A stretch of DNA of 64,000 nt from Candidatus Thorarchaeota archaeon. Its GTDB lineage: Archaea > Asgardarchaeota > Thorarchaeia > Thorarchaeales > Thorarchaeaceae. The position numbers and the translations under genes were made by a program. Under the pieces are notes generated by a model. That model worked only from the letters and a program-made list of their open reading frames with translations, searched no databases and had not been told where the DNA came from. Below are positions 48,627-58,965 of this stretch, piece by piece. The DNA lies in contig JAWOEX010000028.1 of assembly GCA_046482545.1 (NCBI GenBank), positions 224,001-288,000 of the forward strand. Direction: 5' to 3'. Within the stretch, counting starts at the first letter, position 1, and each line of letters starts with the position of its first letter.

Positions 48627-50684
48627 CTAAGGCAATGGACTGAACTGCAACTCACTTCTTAATCTAATATCGCGGGATGATGGACCTACGATAATCTTGA
48701 AGGTTCCAGGTTCAATCACCCATCTTCCATTCTGAATGTCATAAAAAGCCAAATCTTGAGCTTCCACCGTAAGGTTAGCTATTTCTGTTTCACCAGCAGC
48801 CAAGCTAACTTTATCAAAACTAGCAAGTTCCTTTGGTGGTCGCTGAACGCCGGCATCCAAGTTAGAATAATAGAGCTGGACCACTTCGGCCCCGGCTCTC
48901 TGGCCAGTATTCTGTATTTCTACTTTGACATGAACCCTATCTTCTATGCTTGACAGGGTCTCCTTCTCGACGCCGAGATTTCTGTAAGCGAAATCAGTGT
49001 AAGAGAGACCAAATCCAAAGGGAAACAGCGGCTCAATTGCTTTCTCATCAAACCATCTATACCCTACGAATATACCCTCATCATAGTATACTCTTCGGTC
49101 GTTATCTCCCGGGTATGTTCGACGTGAACCAGTAGCATGGGCAGGAGAATCAACCAGCTGCTTTGGGAAGGTGATTGGGAGCTTGCCAGAGGGGTTGACA
49201 TCGCCGAACAGAACGTTGGTTATTGCTCTCCCGCTTTCCATGCCTCCGTACCAGGCTTCAACCACAGCAGGCACATTCCCCAGCCACTCACTCATCGCAA
49301 GCGGGCTGCCAGATATGATAACAACTATAGTATTTGGATTTATTTCCGCAGTTTCAATAATCAAGTCAATCTGTTCATAGGGCAGCTTAATTGATACCCG
49401 ATCACTTGATTCGGAATCTCCACCAGCACTGTGATCTAAACCTGCAAATATGATAGCAACGTCGGCTTCAGCCGGGTCAGATACAATATCGATACGCTCA
49501 TCACATTTCTCTTTCATGCCTTCAAGAGGCGTTATCTCCCAAGGCGGAACGACAGCTGATGACCCGCCGTACAGAAATCGCCCAAATTCTTTGTCAAGGT
49601 TCGGACCCAGAAGGGCTATGCTGTCGATTTCGTTGGTATCAAGCGGCAGGATGTTTTTCTTATTCTTTAGAAGAACGATGGATTCCTCTGCTATTCTTCG
49701 AACCAGATTCTGATGTTGTCGAGTATTTCTCATTCCACGGGGCAGTGTTTCCTTGCTGTCGAATAGACCAGCGAGAAACATGACTCTGATAAATCGGCGT
49801 ACGAGATCATCCAAGACAGCATCTGAAAACTTTCGCTTATTGTAGGCCTTCACAAGGGCTTTCATGCTGTATGCTCTTGGCAGAGGCATCTCAAGTGATA
49901 GTCCGGCATTGACGCAAGAGGCTGCAGATTCGACATTCTCGGTCGCAAACCAATCCGACATAACAAATCCTTTAAAGTTCCAGTCTTCCATCAGCGTTTT
50001 TCGGAGCAGTTTCTCATTCTCACAGCAGTATGTACCGTTAACTTTGTTGTAGGCTGCCATGACTGCCCACGGATCTGCTTCTTTCACGACTGCTTCAAAT
50101 GCTCGCAGATAAATCTCATGCAGAGTTCGTTCATCAACTTCTGAGCTGCCGGACTGTCTGAAGGTTTCCTGGTTGTTTGCCACATAGTGCTTTATGCATG
50201 TTCCAACGCGGAGACTCTGAACAGACGTCACGAACGGAATTGCAATTTCTTTGGTGAGATAAGGATCTTCACTGAAGTATTCAAAGGTTCGACCGTTCAA
50301 TGGCGTACGGTGGATATTGATGCCGGGCGCCAATATCATGTGTTTACCTATTGAACGGACTTCGCGACCAATGGCAAGTCCGAGTTCGCTAGATAACCCA
50401 CGATTCCATGTTGCTGCAAGGGCAATGGGTGCAGGAAATCGAGTACATTTCTTGAAATTGCCAGAGTGTCGGGCCACTCCCAGAGGTCCATCGGTCATTC
50501 CGAATTGCGGTACCCCCAGACGTTTGATAGGCGTGGTTGAATAGAAAGACAGTATCGGACGGCTGGAAAGAAGACGAAGCTTCTCGTCGACTGTAAGAAG
50601 AGAAAGCAGTTCTTCTGTTCTAGTGTTGATGCTTAATTCTTCGTTCAGGTACCGAAACTCTGATGATAGGGGGTCCGACTTCAT
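48627..50684 (-). CDS. GH3 beta-glucosidase (minus strand; ORF track shows +)
   Basis: The reverse complement from 50684 reads ATG AAG TCG GAC CCC (MKSDP) and TAG is at 48627-48629 on minus. TDGPLG, KHYVANN, MSDW, FPFGFGLSYT. Confidence 0.93.
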   Translation of the reverse strand: MKSDPLSSEFRYLNEELSINTRTEELLSLLTVDEKLRLLSSRPILSFYSTTPIKRLGVPQFGMTDGPLGVARHSGNFKKCTRFPAPIALAATWNRGLSSELGLAIGREVRSIGKHMILAPGINIHRTPLNGRTFEYFSEDPYLTKEIAIPFVTSVQSLRVGTCIKHYVANNQETFRQSGSSEVDERTLHEIYLRAFEAVVKEADPWAVMAAYNKVNGTYCCENEKLLRKTLMEDWNFKGFVMSDWFATENVESAASCVNAGLSLEMPLPRAYSMKALVKAYNKRKFSDAVLDDLVRRFIRVMFLAGLFDSKETLPRGMRNTRQHQNLVRRIAEESIVLLKNKKNILPLDTNEIDSIALLGPNLDKEFGRFLYGGSSAVVPPWEITPLEGMKEKCDERIDIVSDPAEADVAIIFAGLDHSAGGDSESSDRVSIKLPYEQIDLIIETAEINPNTIVVIISGSPLAMSEWLGNVPAVVEAWYGGMESGRAITNVLFGDVNPSGKLPITFPKQLVDSPAHATGSRRTYPGDNDRRVYYDEGIFVGYRWFDEKAIEPLFPFGFGLSYTDFAYRNLGVEKETLSSIEDRVHVKVEIQNTGQRAGAEVVQLYYSNLDAGVQRPPKELASFDKVSLAAGETEIANLTVEAQDLAFYDIQNGRWVIEPGTFKIIVGPSSRDIRLRSELQFSPLP

Positions 50685-50776
50685 GCGAGGAGCATAGCCA
50701 ACTATGCGATATAAGGCACATGGATAGGATTCGGGCTATGATTAGATTTTTCATTGGTATAGTATATCCAAGTTAT

Positions 50777-51076
50777 ATGACCCAAATGAGAACCAAAACA
50801 GTCCTTCGAGACAAAAAGATTCTCAGAATGGAAGCCGGCTCCACTAAGAGAATACGTGCAACCGCGCAGAAGAACGTAGGTAGACTTGTTGACATGGGAA
50901 AACTCCTGCGGATTATGGGTCTCGATAGAGAAAACAGACTCGATATGTTGGAAGGTCTCTGGGAAACAGAATATCATATCTGGCTCTGTTACGATGGCCA
51001 TCAGCACCTTGTGTACCTGAGCGAGAATGAAAGCCGGCCCGAGGACTTGACGATTGATGCGTATCCTTGGCAGTAG
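50777..51076 (+). CDS. Hypothetical protein
   Basis: Likely ATG 50777 (ORF open from 50663); fills the gap between neighbouring genes. Confidence 0.6.
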   Translation: MTQMRTKTVLRDKKILRMEAGSTKRIRATAQKNVGRLVDMGKLLRIMGLDRENRLDMLEGLWETEYHIWLCYDGHQHLVYLSENESRPEDLTIDAYPWQ

Positions 51077-51092
51077 GAGAAAACTGGGTTTA

Positions 51093-51857
51093 TTACTTGG
51101 TTTCTTCTGTTCGTTTCTTAGCGCTGTCTACAACTGAAAGAATCTTCTGGCGAAAATCTTTCGGGAATTTCCATCCACGTCTTTCCATGGCTTCAAGCAA
51201 ATGCTCCAATTCAGCTGTGATACGCCGAATCTCATGGCGTAGCTCTTCAGTACGATTGTCACTTTCAAGAAATTCAGATGGCAGAGCCTCAAACATGGCT
51301 TCAACGTACTTCATTTGAGATAGCAGATTGTTGGCCAGTTCCTCCGAAGAGTCGATATCATAACCTGCTGCAGCAGCCTTGTGATCTAAATTGACTTCTT
51401 GAATCATCAAGACACGACGGATAGCGTCATAGGCGTGCCACTCCTGCGGGAAACGATTTGCATGACGCTCAGCGATGGCCATTCCCTCTTCATTCCGATT
51501 CTCCTCCATCAGGATTCGGCATAGGTCTTCAGCTACTCGATGGCTCTTGGGTCTTTCTCTTATCTGTTTCTTGTAGAGTTTGATAGCTTCTCTGACCTGA
51601 AGAGAACTGTCCAGAAGACGGCCAAGTGATACAACTGCTTTTTCGTGGTAGGGGTGATTTCCCAGGACCTCTCTGAGCAACCGTTCAGCCTCTTCGTCTC
51701 TGGCCTCACCCATGAGAGCCTCGGCCAGCCCGGTTTTGATATCGGCATTATCCCCGAATCGCTCTAACGCCTGTTGGAATACCTCTACTGCTTCTTCTGG
51801 GTCACCTTCTTCTATGAGCCGGTAACCTTTGTCAATGACCTCTTTTGGTGAATCCAT
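51093..51857 (-). CDS. Tetratricopeptide-repeat protein
   Basis: TPR patterns (GDPEEAVEVFQQAL, LAEAL...EAERLL, LGRLL). Confidence 0.85.
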   Translation of the reverse strand: MDSPKEVIDKGYRLIEEGDPEEAVEVFQQALERFGDNADIKTGLAEALMGEARDEEAERLLREVLGNHPYHEKAVVSLGRLLDSSLQVREAIKLYKKQIRERPKSHRVAEDLCRILMEENRNEEGMAIAERHANRFPQEWHAYDAIRRVLMIQEVNLDHKAAAAGYDIDSSEELANNLLSQMKYVEAMFEALPSEFLESDNRTEELRHEIRRITAELEHLLEAMERRGWKFPKDFRQKILSVVDSAKKRTEETK

Positions 51858-51962
51858 GTGTAATCACGTCAAACCGAGTGTTGCTATCGTCAAGAGCTTT
51901 CTAAGCAATTATTGCAGAGTCCTTTATATGACCTGTGTACTCAATACGCTCGGTTAGATGCG

Positions 51963-53399
51963 ATGCTAAAAGTCTACAATACACTTTCCAGAGATAAGGA
52001 AGCATTCGAACCACTGGAAGATAACGAAGTACGCATGTATGTATGCGGTCCAACCGTGTATGATTACCCGCATATCGGAAATGCCAGATCATTTGTGGTC
52101 TTTGACACAATCCGTCGGTACTTGGATTTCAAGGGCTACAGAGTCTTCTATGTCACAAATTTTACGGACATCGACGACAAGATGATTAATCGTGCCAACG
52201 AAGAAGGCATCGCTGTTCCGGAGTTAGCCGAACGATTCATTACGGAGTACAGGAAAATAGAACGGGAACTCAACGTAAAGCCTGCAGATAGAAATCCTCG
52301 TGCAACTGAGCACATCCAAGACATGATTGAAATGGTCGAAAACATCCTAGAGAATGGTAAAGCATACGAAGTCGATGGTGATGTGTACTTCAATGTGAGC
52401 GAATTTGAAAACTACGGAACGCTCTCGAAGATATCCCCTGAAGAGCTGGACTCGGGCGCGAGGGTTGAAATAGATGCAAAGAAGAAGGATGCTAGAGACT
52501 TCGCCTTGTGGAAAGCCCAGAAACCCGGTGAACCGGCATGGGACAGCCCGTGGGGTAAAGGCAGACCCGGTTGGCACCTTGAATGTTCCGTTATGGGAAA
52601 ACACTTCTTAGGCGTACCATTTGATATCCATGGCGGAGGGCAGGATCTTATTTTCCCTCATCACGAGAACGAAATCGCACAGACAGCAGCAGCATACGAT
52701 GTGGGGCAACCCATCAAGTACTGGCTTCATAATGGCATGCTAACGATCGATGAGGAAAAGATGAGCAAATCAGAGGGCAACTTTTTCACCAGCCGCGAGG
52801 TACTTGATGCCTACGATGCTCAAGCTGTGCGACTGTTCTTGGTCTCAGGTCACTATCGCCACCCACTTGACTACAACCAAGAAGCTCTTGAGCAGGCTAC
52901 TACATCCATTGAGAGATTGAGAAATGTCGCAGAACGATTGCGGGGAAGAATGCAAATAATCCGACAAAAAGATTTCAAACCAAGTGAAGCAGATGCCACT
53001 CTGGAAGAATCTATAGATCAGGTGAGGGAAGGCTTCGAACGAGAGATGGATGATGATTTCAATACTCCTGGTGCCCTAGCAGAGATATTCTCTTTCGTGA
53101 AGGAGATAAATACCGTCATTGACGATGTGGGCAACCCTGCGACCCTCAGGGATGCACTGGGTGTATTGAAGGAACGACTCATGGTTCTTGGAATTGATTT
53201 GGAGAGGGGTAAGACTGAACTCTCAGTCACTGGACAATCTGAATTGGTTGGAAAACTAATCGACTTTGTCCTCAGCATTAGAGAGAAAGCACGAGAAGAA
53301 CAAGACTATGAGACCGCGGACAAGATAAGGGACGGACTGGCTGATTTAGGAATCGAAGTCAAAGACACCAAAGATGGACCTACGTGGAGGATGAATTAG
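51963..53399 (+). CDS. cysS: Cysteine--tRNA ligase
   Basis: MYVCGPTVY, HIGN, GRPGWHLEC, KMSKS. ATG 51963. Confidence 0.96.
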   Translation: MLKVYNTLSRDKEAFEPLEDNEVRMYVCGPTVYDYPHIGNARSFVVFDTIRRYLDFKGYRVFYVTNFTDIDDKMINRANEEGIAVPELAERFITEYRKIERELNVKPADRNPRATEHIQDMIEMVENILENGKAYEVDGDVYFNVSEFENYGTLSKISPEELDSGARVEIDAKKKDARDFALWKAQKPGEPAWDSPWGKGRPGWHLECSVMGKHFLGVPFDIHGGGQDLIFPHHENEIAQTAAAYDVGQPIKYWLHNGMLTIDEEKMSKSEGNFFTSREVLDAYDAQAVRLFLVSGHYRHPLDYNQEALEQATTSIERLRNVAERLRGRMQIIRQKDFKPSEADATLEESIDQVREGFEREMDDDFNTPGALAEIFSFVKEINTVIDDVGNPATLRDALGVLKERLMVLGIDLERGKTELSVTGQSELVGKLIDFVLSIREKAREEQDYETADKIRDGLADLGIEVKDTKDGPTWRMN

Positions 53400-53470
53400 C
53401 CCCAAATTCTCCTGACTTCAAAGGCAAATCAAAGGAATGGTTTACCTCTGACGATAGAATCTACAGACTC

Positions 53471-54859
53471 TCAACAATCATCGTATCGGTTCTTGACATT
53501 AACCAAGAGACCTGGGTCATTGAGCACATACACTGTTGGTTCTGGATGCTCCTTCAGGAACGCGTCCATGATGTCTCTTAGAACATTTTGAGCGTCTTCG
53601 AAGCTTCTTGGATTCCGGCCATCCATCCGATAGACTTCGCTCAGGATCTCTGGGTCTAACTCGGTTACCAGTTTGATATTGCGCTCGGCCACATCTAGGA
53701 GTATTCGGAACAAATCAGGGGGTTTCTGGTTGCCTATCTTGAAGGTCTCTTCTGTGCAATAGGTTTTGATGACGTGTTTCAGGGCATCCTTCACAACCAT
53801 GTCTTTCGTTTGCTGCATTGCTTCTTCGTATCCCATACTTCCAATACCTTCTTCACATGGAGCCAGCAGCACAATCCAGCCATTGAGATCATGCCTAACA
53901 GCGTTCCAAGAAGCATGGATGCCTTTACCTGCTTGGTAGAGATTAAGTCCTAGTTCTCCCACCGAAGTGAACACGATGTCAGCAGGTTCTTCTACATCAA
54001 CCACTCTGAGCCGGCGGAGAGGTTCAGCTGCAGCCTCATGGCAGGCAATCAAATCACCAGCTTGCAGGTACACAATTTCATCATTGTGGACTATCGTGTC
54101 AATACAGAACATAGGAAGATCCTTACCCACCCGTTCGGCAATATCAATCATATCTTGAATGACAGGATTACCTTTGGTATTGCCCAGTCTACATCCATCA
54201 ACAAATCCTTTCTCAAGGTCGAACATGCGTGGATGGTTCACGCGTATGGTTTCTCGTCCAGCAACACCAGGGCAGAATAACTTGACAGTACCGGCCTGTC
54301 CGGCGAAGTAATGATATTCAGAATCACTGAGTGGGATTACAAGGCATGCATCTAAGACGCGTTCATCGATATAGATTGGAGTCCCTCTGGGGCTGTTTCC
54401 AACATGTTTGTTACCCGAATCACAATCGTGGATTAGTATGTTGTCTTTCCATTCATTGTACAATTCTGTATGGAGTATCTTCTTCTCGATGCTTTCTGGT
54501 GTTGGTTGCGTATGAGAACCACTAGCGATGATGATTTTGATATCCTTTTTCTGTACGTCATAGTCAAGCAACCTACTAGTTAGACGGCCAAGGAGTGCCC
54601 GGGTGTGAATGTTTGGGCGAGTATTGTCATCAACAATCATCATAATCGTTTCGCCATGGTCATAGACCTCATCCAAAAGGTCTTCCAGAGGCGGCGATTC
54701 TATTGGATTAGCTAGAACTTCATCCAGTTTCACAGTGAGGTCGTCAAAGGGGGGCTCGTATTCCTCCACGTCGAGCACACTGACGTTTTGAACTGATTTT
54801 GGGATAAAGCGGTCAACAACAGTAGAGCCATACTTGAGTGGAGTTTCGTAATATTTCAT
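53471..54859 (-). CDS. LarA (nickel-pincer lactate racemase) family protein
   Basis: DDNTRP, ASGSH, IHDC, HYFAG..G..K..PG, NLYQAGK, APCEEG. Confidence 0.85.
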   Translation of the reverse strand: MKYYETPLKYGSTVVDRFIPKSVQNVSVLDVEEYEPPFDDLTVKLDEVLANPIESPPLEDLLDEVYDHGETIMMIVDDNTRPNIHTRALLGRLTSRLLDYDVQKKDIKIIIASGSHTQPTPESIEKKILHTELYNEWKDNILIHDCDSGNKHVGNSPRGTPIYIDERVLDACLVIPLSDSEYHYFAGQAGTVKLFCPGVAGRETIRVNHPRMFDLEKGFVDGCRLGNTKGNPVIQDMIDIAERVGKDLPMFCIDTIVHNDEIVYLQAGDLIACHEAAAEPLRRLRVVDVEEPADIVFTSVGELGLNLYQAGKGIHASWNAVRHDLNGWIVLLAPCEEGIGSMGYEEAMQQTKDMVVKDALKHVIKTYCTEETFKIGNQKPPDLFRILLDVAERNIKLVTELDPEILSEVYRMDGRNPRSFEDAQNVLRDIMDAFLKEHPEPTVYVLNDPGLLVNVKNRYDDC

Positions 54860-55016
54860 GCTAGCCCACTGTCTTGAAAGAACGGTTTTCAATATGTAAT
54901 GATTTTGGTTGAGGACAACAGGTAATGATAGTATTTAGGTGTAAATGTCGTTAGTCAATTATAAATCTCTAATCGCCTGAGTTAGTGTATACAAGCCAAC
55001 TTACGTGATTCTCTCA

Positions 55017-55417
55017 TCACTGCCTTCCGCCCGAACTTTGACAGTTCCATCTTGAATCTACACAAACAAGCGTACGAAACCTTGGAAATGACTGTTCCAA
55101 CAAATGACAAGTACCACAAACACCAAACCAATGACAACAATGATTGGAACTAAAGTGTCCAAAGCGTAATACGGCCAAGCAATCATTCGGCAGACTTGTA
55201 TAGCCAAAAATAAGAAAACGAGTATAGCAAAACATAGAACAACATAGTGGCAGGCCGATCTCCAAACCCTTTCCAACACAATTTGCCTATCCCTCTGTTC
55301 CTTAATGTCGTATGGCCTTTCTGTTTCGTGATGTCTCCATTCACTGATGCGTTCATGAACTTCTTCCGTATCAGCGTCCTCGGGTAGCTTGATTGTGTCC
55401 TCTCCAACATACGACAC
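55017..55417 (-). pseudogene. Small membrane protein, possibly frameshifted
   Basis: Two overlapping hydrophobic ORFs (55058-55417, 55017-55265) in different frames. Confidence 0.35.
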
Positions 55418-55569
55418 TGTGCCAAACCTCTATACCTACAACAGCCCACGTATCAGTAAATCATCATAGATATGTTGGCTCTGCCATACTAATCGGATAT
55501 TGACAGCCGGATATGAATGCGAAGCACAAATGGATGATGAATCTTGGCCGACTTGATAAAGCTTATAAC

Positions 55570-55583
55570 TTAGATGCATCTAA
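55570..55583. promoter_or_regulatory. DtxR-family-like operator upstream of the feo operon
   Basis: Perfect palindrome TTAGATGCATCTAA immediately after the CTTATAA TATA-like box. Confidence 0.65.
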
Positions 55584-55651
55584 CTTTTCTCGGTCGACAT
55601 AGGTCGGGAATTTTCAATCTCAGTTGTGCCAACATTAGGTGATTTGCAGCG

Positions 55652-56005
55652 ATGCCATTAGGACCAAGTAAACAGGGGGCAACTTCACAGCCGAGACTCC
55701 TAAATAGTATGCCCGCTGGAAGCCGCTGCGTTTTTGTGGACATCATCAGCAGAAATCCGAGAAGAAGACCTATGGCTAGAGGAAAGAGACGCGGAGTTTT
55801 TGGTCGAGGTCGCCGAGGGCATCGAAGTGGACGAAGAGCATTCAGGAAAATTCAGAATCGGATCGTGGACCTGGGATTGACCCGAGGTGTTACGATGAAA
55901 GTTTTGCAAGGAGGGTGTCAAGGGCCCGTCCTCATCGAGGTAAGAGGGACCCGACTTGCATTGGGACAAGAACTTGCTAGTAGAATTCTGGTCCAGGCGG
56001 TTTGA
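55652..56005 (+). CDS. feoA: Ferrous iron transport protein A
   Basis: RIVDLGLTRG, GPVLIEVRGTRLALG; Arg/Gly-rich insert. Confidence 0.9.
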   Translation: MPLGPSKQGATSQPRLLNSMPAGSRCVFVDIISRNPRRRPMARGKRRGVFGRGRRGHRSGRRAFRKIQNRIVDLGLTRGVTMKVLQGGCQGPVLIEVRGTRLALGQELASRILVQAV

Positions 56006-56011
56006 TGAAGC

Positions 56012-56827
56012 ATGATACGAGTCGCTCTGATAGGCAACCCAAATGTCGGTAAGAGCGTTATCTTCAACAATCTGACAGGAAGCAAACAGCATACTGGAAA
56101 TTGGCCGGGAAAGACAGTCGAGCGAAAAGAGGGGTATTTCGAACACAAGGGACAGAAGTTCGAAGTAATCGACCTACCAGGCGTGTACAGTCTGAGCGCT
56201 CGGTCTGAAGACGAAAAAGTAGCTCGTCAATATCTCATCGATTACCGACCAGAAGTAGTGGTCGACATTGTAAACGCGGCTCAATTGGAGAGAAATCTCT
56301 ACCTAACGTTACTCCTTATAGAGCTGCAGCTCAATCTGGTTGTGGTTCTCAATATGGGAGATATCATTGAAGCTAGAGGAGACAGGATAGACGTTGAAGC
56401 ACTTTCTGATAGATTAGATGCTCCTGTTGTCGTAACCACTGCGACGAAAAAAACAGGAATGGAAAAGCTCAAAGATGCGATTCTGAAGGCTGTCCCCGAA
56501 GGTCTCCGTGAAGAACCAACTGCTCATCACGGAAACTCAGAGGAACACGTACCGGGTGATATCGACAGGAATGACCACCTGCACTATCATCCACGGTATC
56601 ATCATCACGGAGAGTACGAACGCCTTTCTCCACCACCTCTTAAGTATAGCACCGAAGTTGAACGGAAGCTCAAGAAGATAGTCATGCTGATAGAAGACAA
56701 ACAAGAACTGCGCGAGCGGTTCCCGCCGCGATGGCTGGCACTGAGGCTTTTCGAGCGCGATCAAGAGATTCTGGATATGATTGAAGATTCTGAACTGAGG
56801 AATAAGATTCTGGAGATAACGCCATGA
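56012..56827 (+). CDS. feoB: FeoB N-terminal GTPase domain (split gene)
   Basis: GNPNVGKS, GNWPGKT, DLPG, ERNLYL, NMGD; His-rich insert. Confidence 0.92.
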   Translation: MIRVALIGNPNVGKSVIFNNLTGSKQHTGNWPGKTVERKEGYFEHKGQKFEVIDLPGVYSLSARSEDEKVARQYLIDYRPEVVVDIVNAAQLERNLYLTLLLIELQLNLVVVLNMGDIIEARGDRIDVEALSDRLDAPVVVTTATKKTGMEKLKDAILKAVPEGLREEPTAHHGNSEEHVPGDIDRNDHLHYHPRYHHHGEYERLSPPPLKYSTEVERKLKKIVMLIEDKQELRERFPPRWLALRLFERDQEILDMIEDSELRNKILEITP

Positions 56828-58143
56828 CGGAATCAACGGAACAGCAGGAAAGCAAAGACCCCAGATACGAGGAGGAAATCAATCCCCGGGTCATTCTTGC
56901 CGATGAGCGATATGAGCTAATCTCCGACATTCTAAATGAGGTATATCAGCCCGGAGAGCAGAAGTGGATGCTCAGCGACATGCTTGACGAGGTCTTTCTC
57001 CACAAGTACCTTGGGTTACCGATCTTCTTCCTCATAATGTGGGCCATGTTCGAGTTCACTTTCCAAGCCTCCGAAGTATTCATGGCCTTGATAGAAGTCG
57101 GCTTTGCGTACCTAGGAGGTTTCACTAGTCAGATACCGATCACTTGGGTCGCTTCGCTTGTGACTGATGGAATCATCGGTGGCGTAGGATTCATCCTGGT
57201 GTTTTTGCCCCCGATACTTTTCATGTATTTCGCAATAGCTCTTCTGGAGAACAGTGGCTACCTGGCACGAGCAGCATTCGTCATGGATAGACTGATGGTT
57301 AAAATGGGCCTTCATGGAAAATCATTCATACCATTGCTACTCGGCTTTGGCTGTACTGTTCCAGCAGTAATGGCAACACGAACAATCGAGGGCAAGTCGA
57401 ACAGACTTACAACCATTCTGATTAGTCCGCTTATGTCGTGTGCAGCAAGACTGCCTGTGTATGTATTGGTAGCCGGTGTCTTCTTCCCGATGATTTCTGG
57501 TACAATTGTCTTCTCGATGTACACGATTGGTATTGCTATGGCAGTAGTTATGGCGCTCATTTTCAAGAAGACACTTTTCCAAGGGAAGGCTTCACCGCTT
57601 CTGATGGAGCTACCTATGTATCAGATGCCCACATTACGAGACACCTCCATCCAAACCTGGGAACGAACAGTTTTGTTCCTCAAGAAAGCCGGCACCTATC
57701 TCCTCACAGGATCTGTAGTCCTCTGGTTTGCATCATCTTTTGGTCCGGCTGGATTTGGAATTCCAACAACTGAATCATACGTGAGTATTCTGGGGAAATT
57801 TGCCGAACCCATCTTCAGACCATTGGGTTTCACATGGGAAATCGTAGCAGCACTGATCTTTGGACTTCTGGCAAAAGAAGTCGTCGTGGGTTTCCTAGGA
57901 GTTATATTCGCAGTCCAGGGTGAAGGCGCAATTGCAGCCGCTCTACAAGCAGTGATGAGCCCTGTATCGGCATTTGCTTTCATGATTTTCGTACTCATCT
58001 ATACTCCCTGCATAGCTACTATCGGTGTCATCAAGAAAGAAACCGGATCTACAAAGTGGGCCGCCTTCTCGGTACTCTATCAATTTCTATTGGCCTATGC
58101 CTTGGCATTCATTACGGTGTTTATTGGAGGTTTATTCTTCTGA
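56824..58143 (+). CDS. feoB: FeoB membrane domain (split gene)
   Basis: SGYLARAAF, GFGCTVPA, MSCAARLPVY, MELP, AKEVVV, YTPC; ATGA overlap with its own GGAG SD. Confidence 0.92.
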   Translation: MTESTEQQESKDPRYEEEINPRVILADERYELISDILNEVYQPGEQKWMLSDMLDEVFLHKYLGLPIFFLIMWAMFEFTFQASEVFMALIEVGFAYLGGFTSQIPITWVASLVTDGIIGGVGFILVFLPPILFMYFAIALLENSGYLARAAFVMDRLMVKMGLHGKSFIPLLLGFGCTVPAVMATRTIEGKSNRLTTILISPLMSCAARLPVYVLVAGVFFPMISGTIVFSMYTIGIAMAVVMALIFKKTLFQGKASPLLMELPMYQMPTLRDTSIQTWERTVLFLKKAGTYLLTGSVVLWFASSFGPAGFGIPTTESYVSILGKFAEPIFRPLGFTWEIVAALIFGLLAKEVVVGFLGVIFAVQGEGAIAAALQAVMSPVSAFAFMIFVLIYTPCIATIGVIKKETGSTKWAAFSVLYQFLLAYALAFITVFIGGLFF

Positions 58144-58589
58144 AAATTAACGAACAAAGACTTACCTTCATGGCGCTTTCTTCATTGTCAGGGGGGGTAT
58201 ACACAGCCGTCGGAGTACTCATACTACTCTCTACTGTGGGTATTGTGCCTTTTGCAGTTGGTTCTGGCGATATTCTAACGGGTCTGATGATACTGGTTGT
58301 GGGTGCCGTCTTCTTGGAAGGAGTGAAGAATCTGAGAGACACAGTATCTGAAGCTGCCCCCTTTCTCATAGTGGGAATATTGCTGTCCAGTATAGTTGCA
58401 GGGCTGCAGGTAGCCATTCTCCTCTCGAACGCACTTGGCTGGATTATCGGACTCGAAGAATGGACAGAATGGAACATCGCTAGTGACCTAACTCCTGCAA
58501 TTTGGCTCTTCCCAGTTGCGATTCCGTTGCTCGTTGCCATGCACCCGTTTTCAAAGCACGTAGTGAGGAAGCCAGAGGAAGTGACCTGA
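58140..58589 (+). CDS. Four-TM hypothetical membrane protein in the feo operon
   Basis: Hydrophobic ORF between feoB and feoC. Start uncertain (CTG 58140 or ATG 58170). Confidence 0.7.
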   Translation: MKINEQRLTFMALSSLSGGVYTAVGVLILLSTVGIVPFAVGSGDILTGLMILVVGAVFLEGVKNLRDTVSEAAPFLIVGILLSSIVAGLQVAILLSNALGWIIGLEEWTEWNIASDLTPAIWLFPVAIPLLVAMHPFSKHVVRKPEEVT

Positions 58590-58871
58590 GTGCTCAAACG
58601 GATACTACACATTATTCTTGAAGAGAAAATCGCTCACAAGAAAGAGATTGCCAAGGAACTAGGAGTGCAGATGTCCACTCTGGATGATATGTTGAATATA
58701 CTTTTGGAGAACGGATATCTCAGACTGGGAAAATGTGATTATGATTCTGAAGTGACTTGCCCATCATGCCCAATGGCCGACACCTGCCGAGAAAAAGCAA
58801 TGATTTCTAACGAATACTATGTCACGGATAGAGGAGCAGATTTTGTCCAACCGGCCGCCACGAAATCGTAA
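58590..58871 (+). CDS. feoC: FeoC-like wHTH protein with a Cys cluster
   Basis: EIAKELGV...LLENGYL followed by C..CPSCP...C. Confidence 0.8.
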   Translation: MLKRILHIILEEKIAHKKEIAKELGVQMSTLDDMLNILLENGYLRLGKCDYDSEVTCPSCPMADTCREKAMISNEYYVTDRGADFVQPAATKS

Positions 58872-58965
58872 ACTAGTATATTTATTGGGGTAACAGATAT
58901 CTTTCTCACAAGCTTATCTAATTCATAACACATAGTGGTTACCACACCCTGGGAGCCTATCTAAA

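Noticed and set aside
48627-50684. ORF track lists the GH3 gene on the + strand
   Set aside because: The listed protein is encoded by the reverse complement (ATG at 50684, TAG at 48627-48629), so it is annotated as minus.
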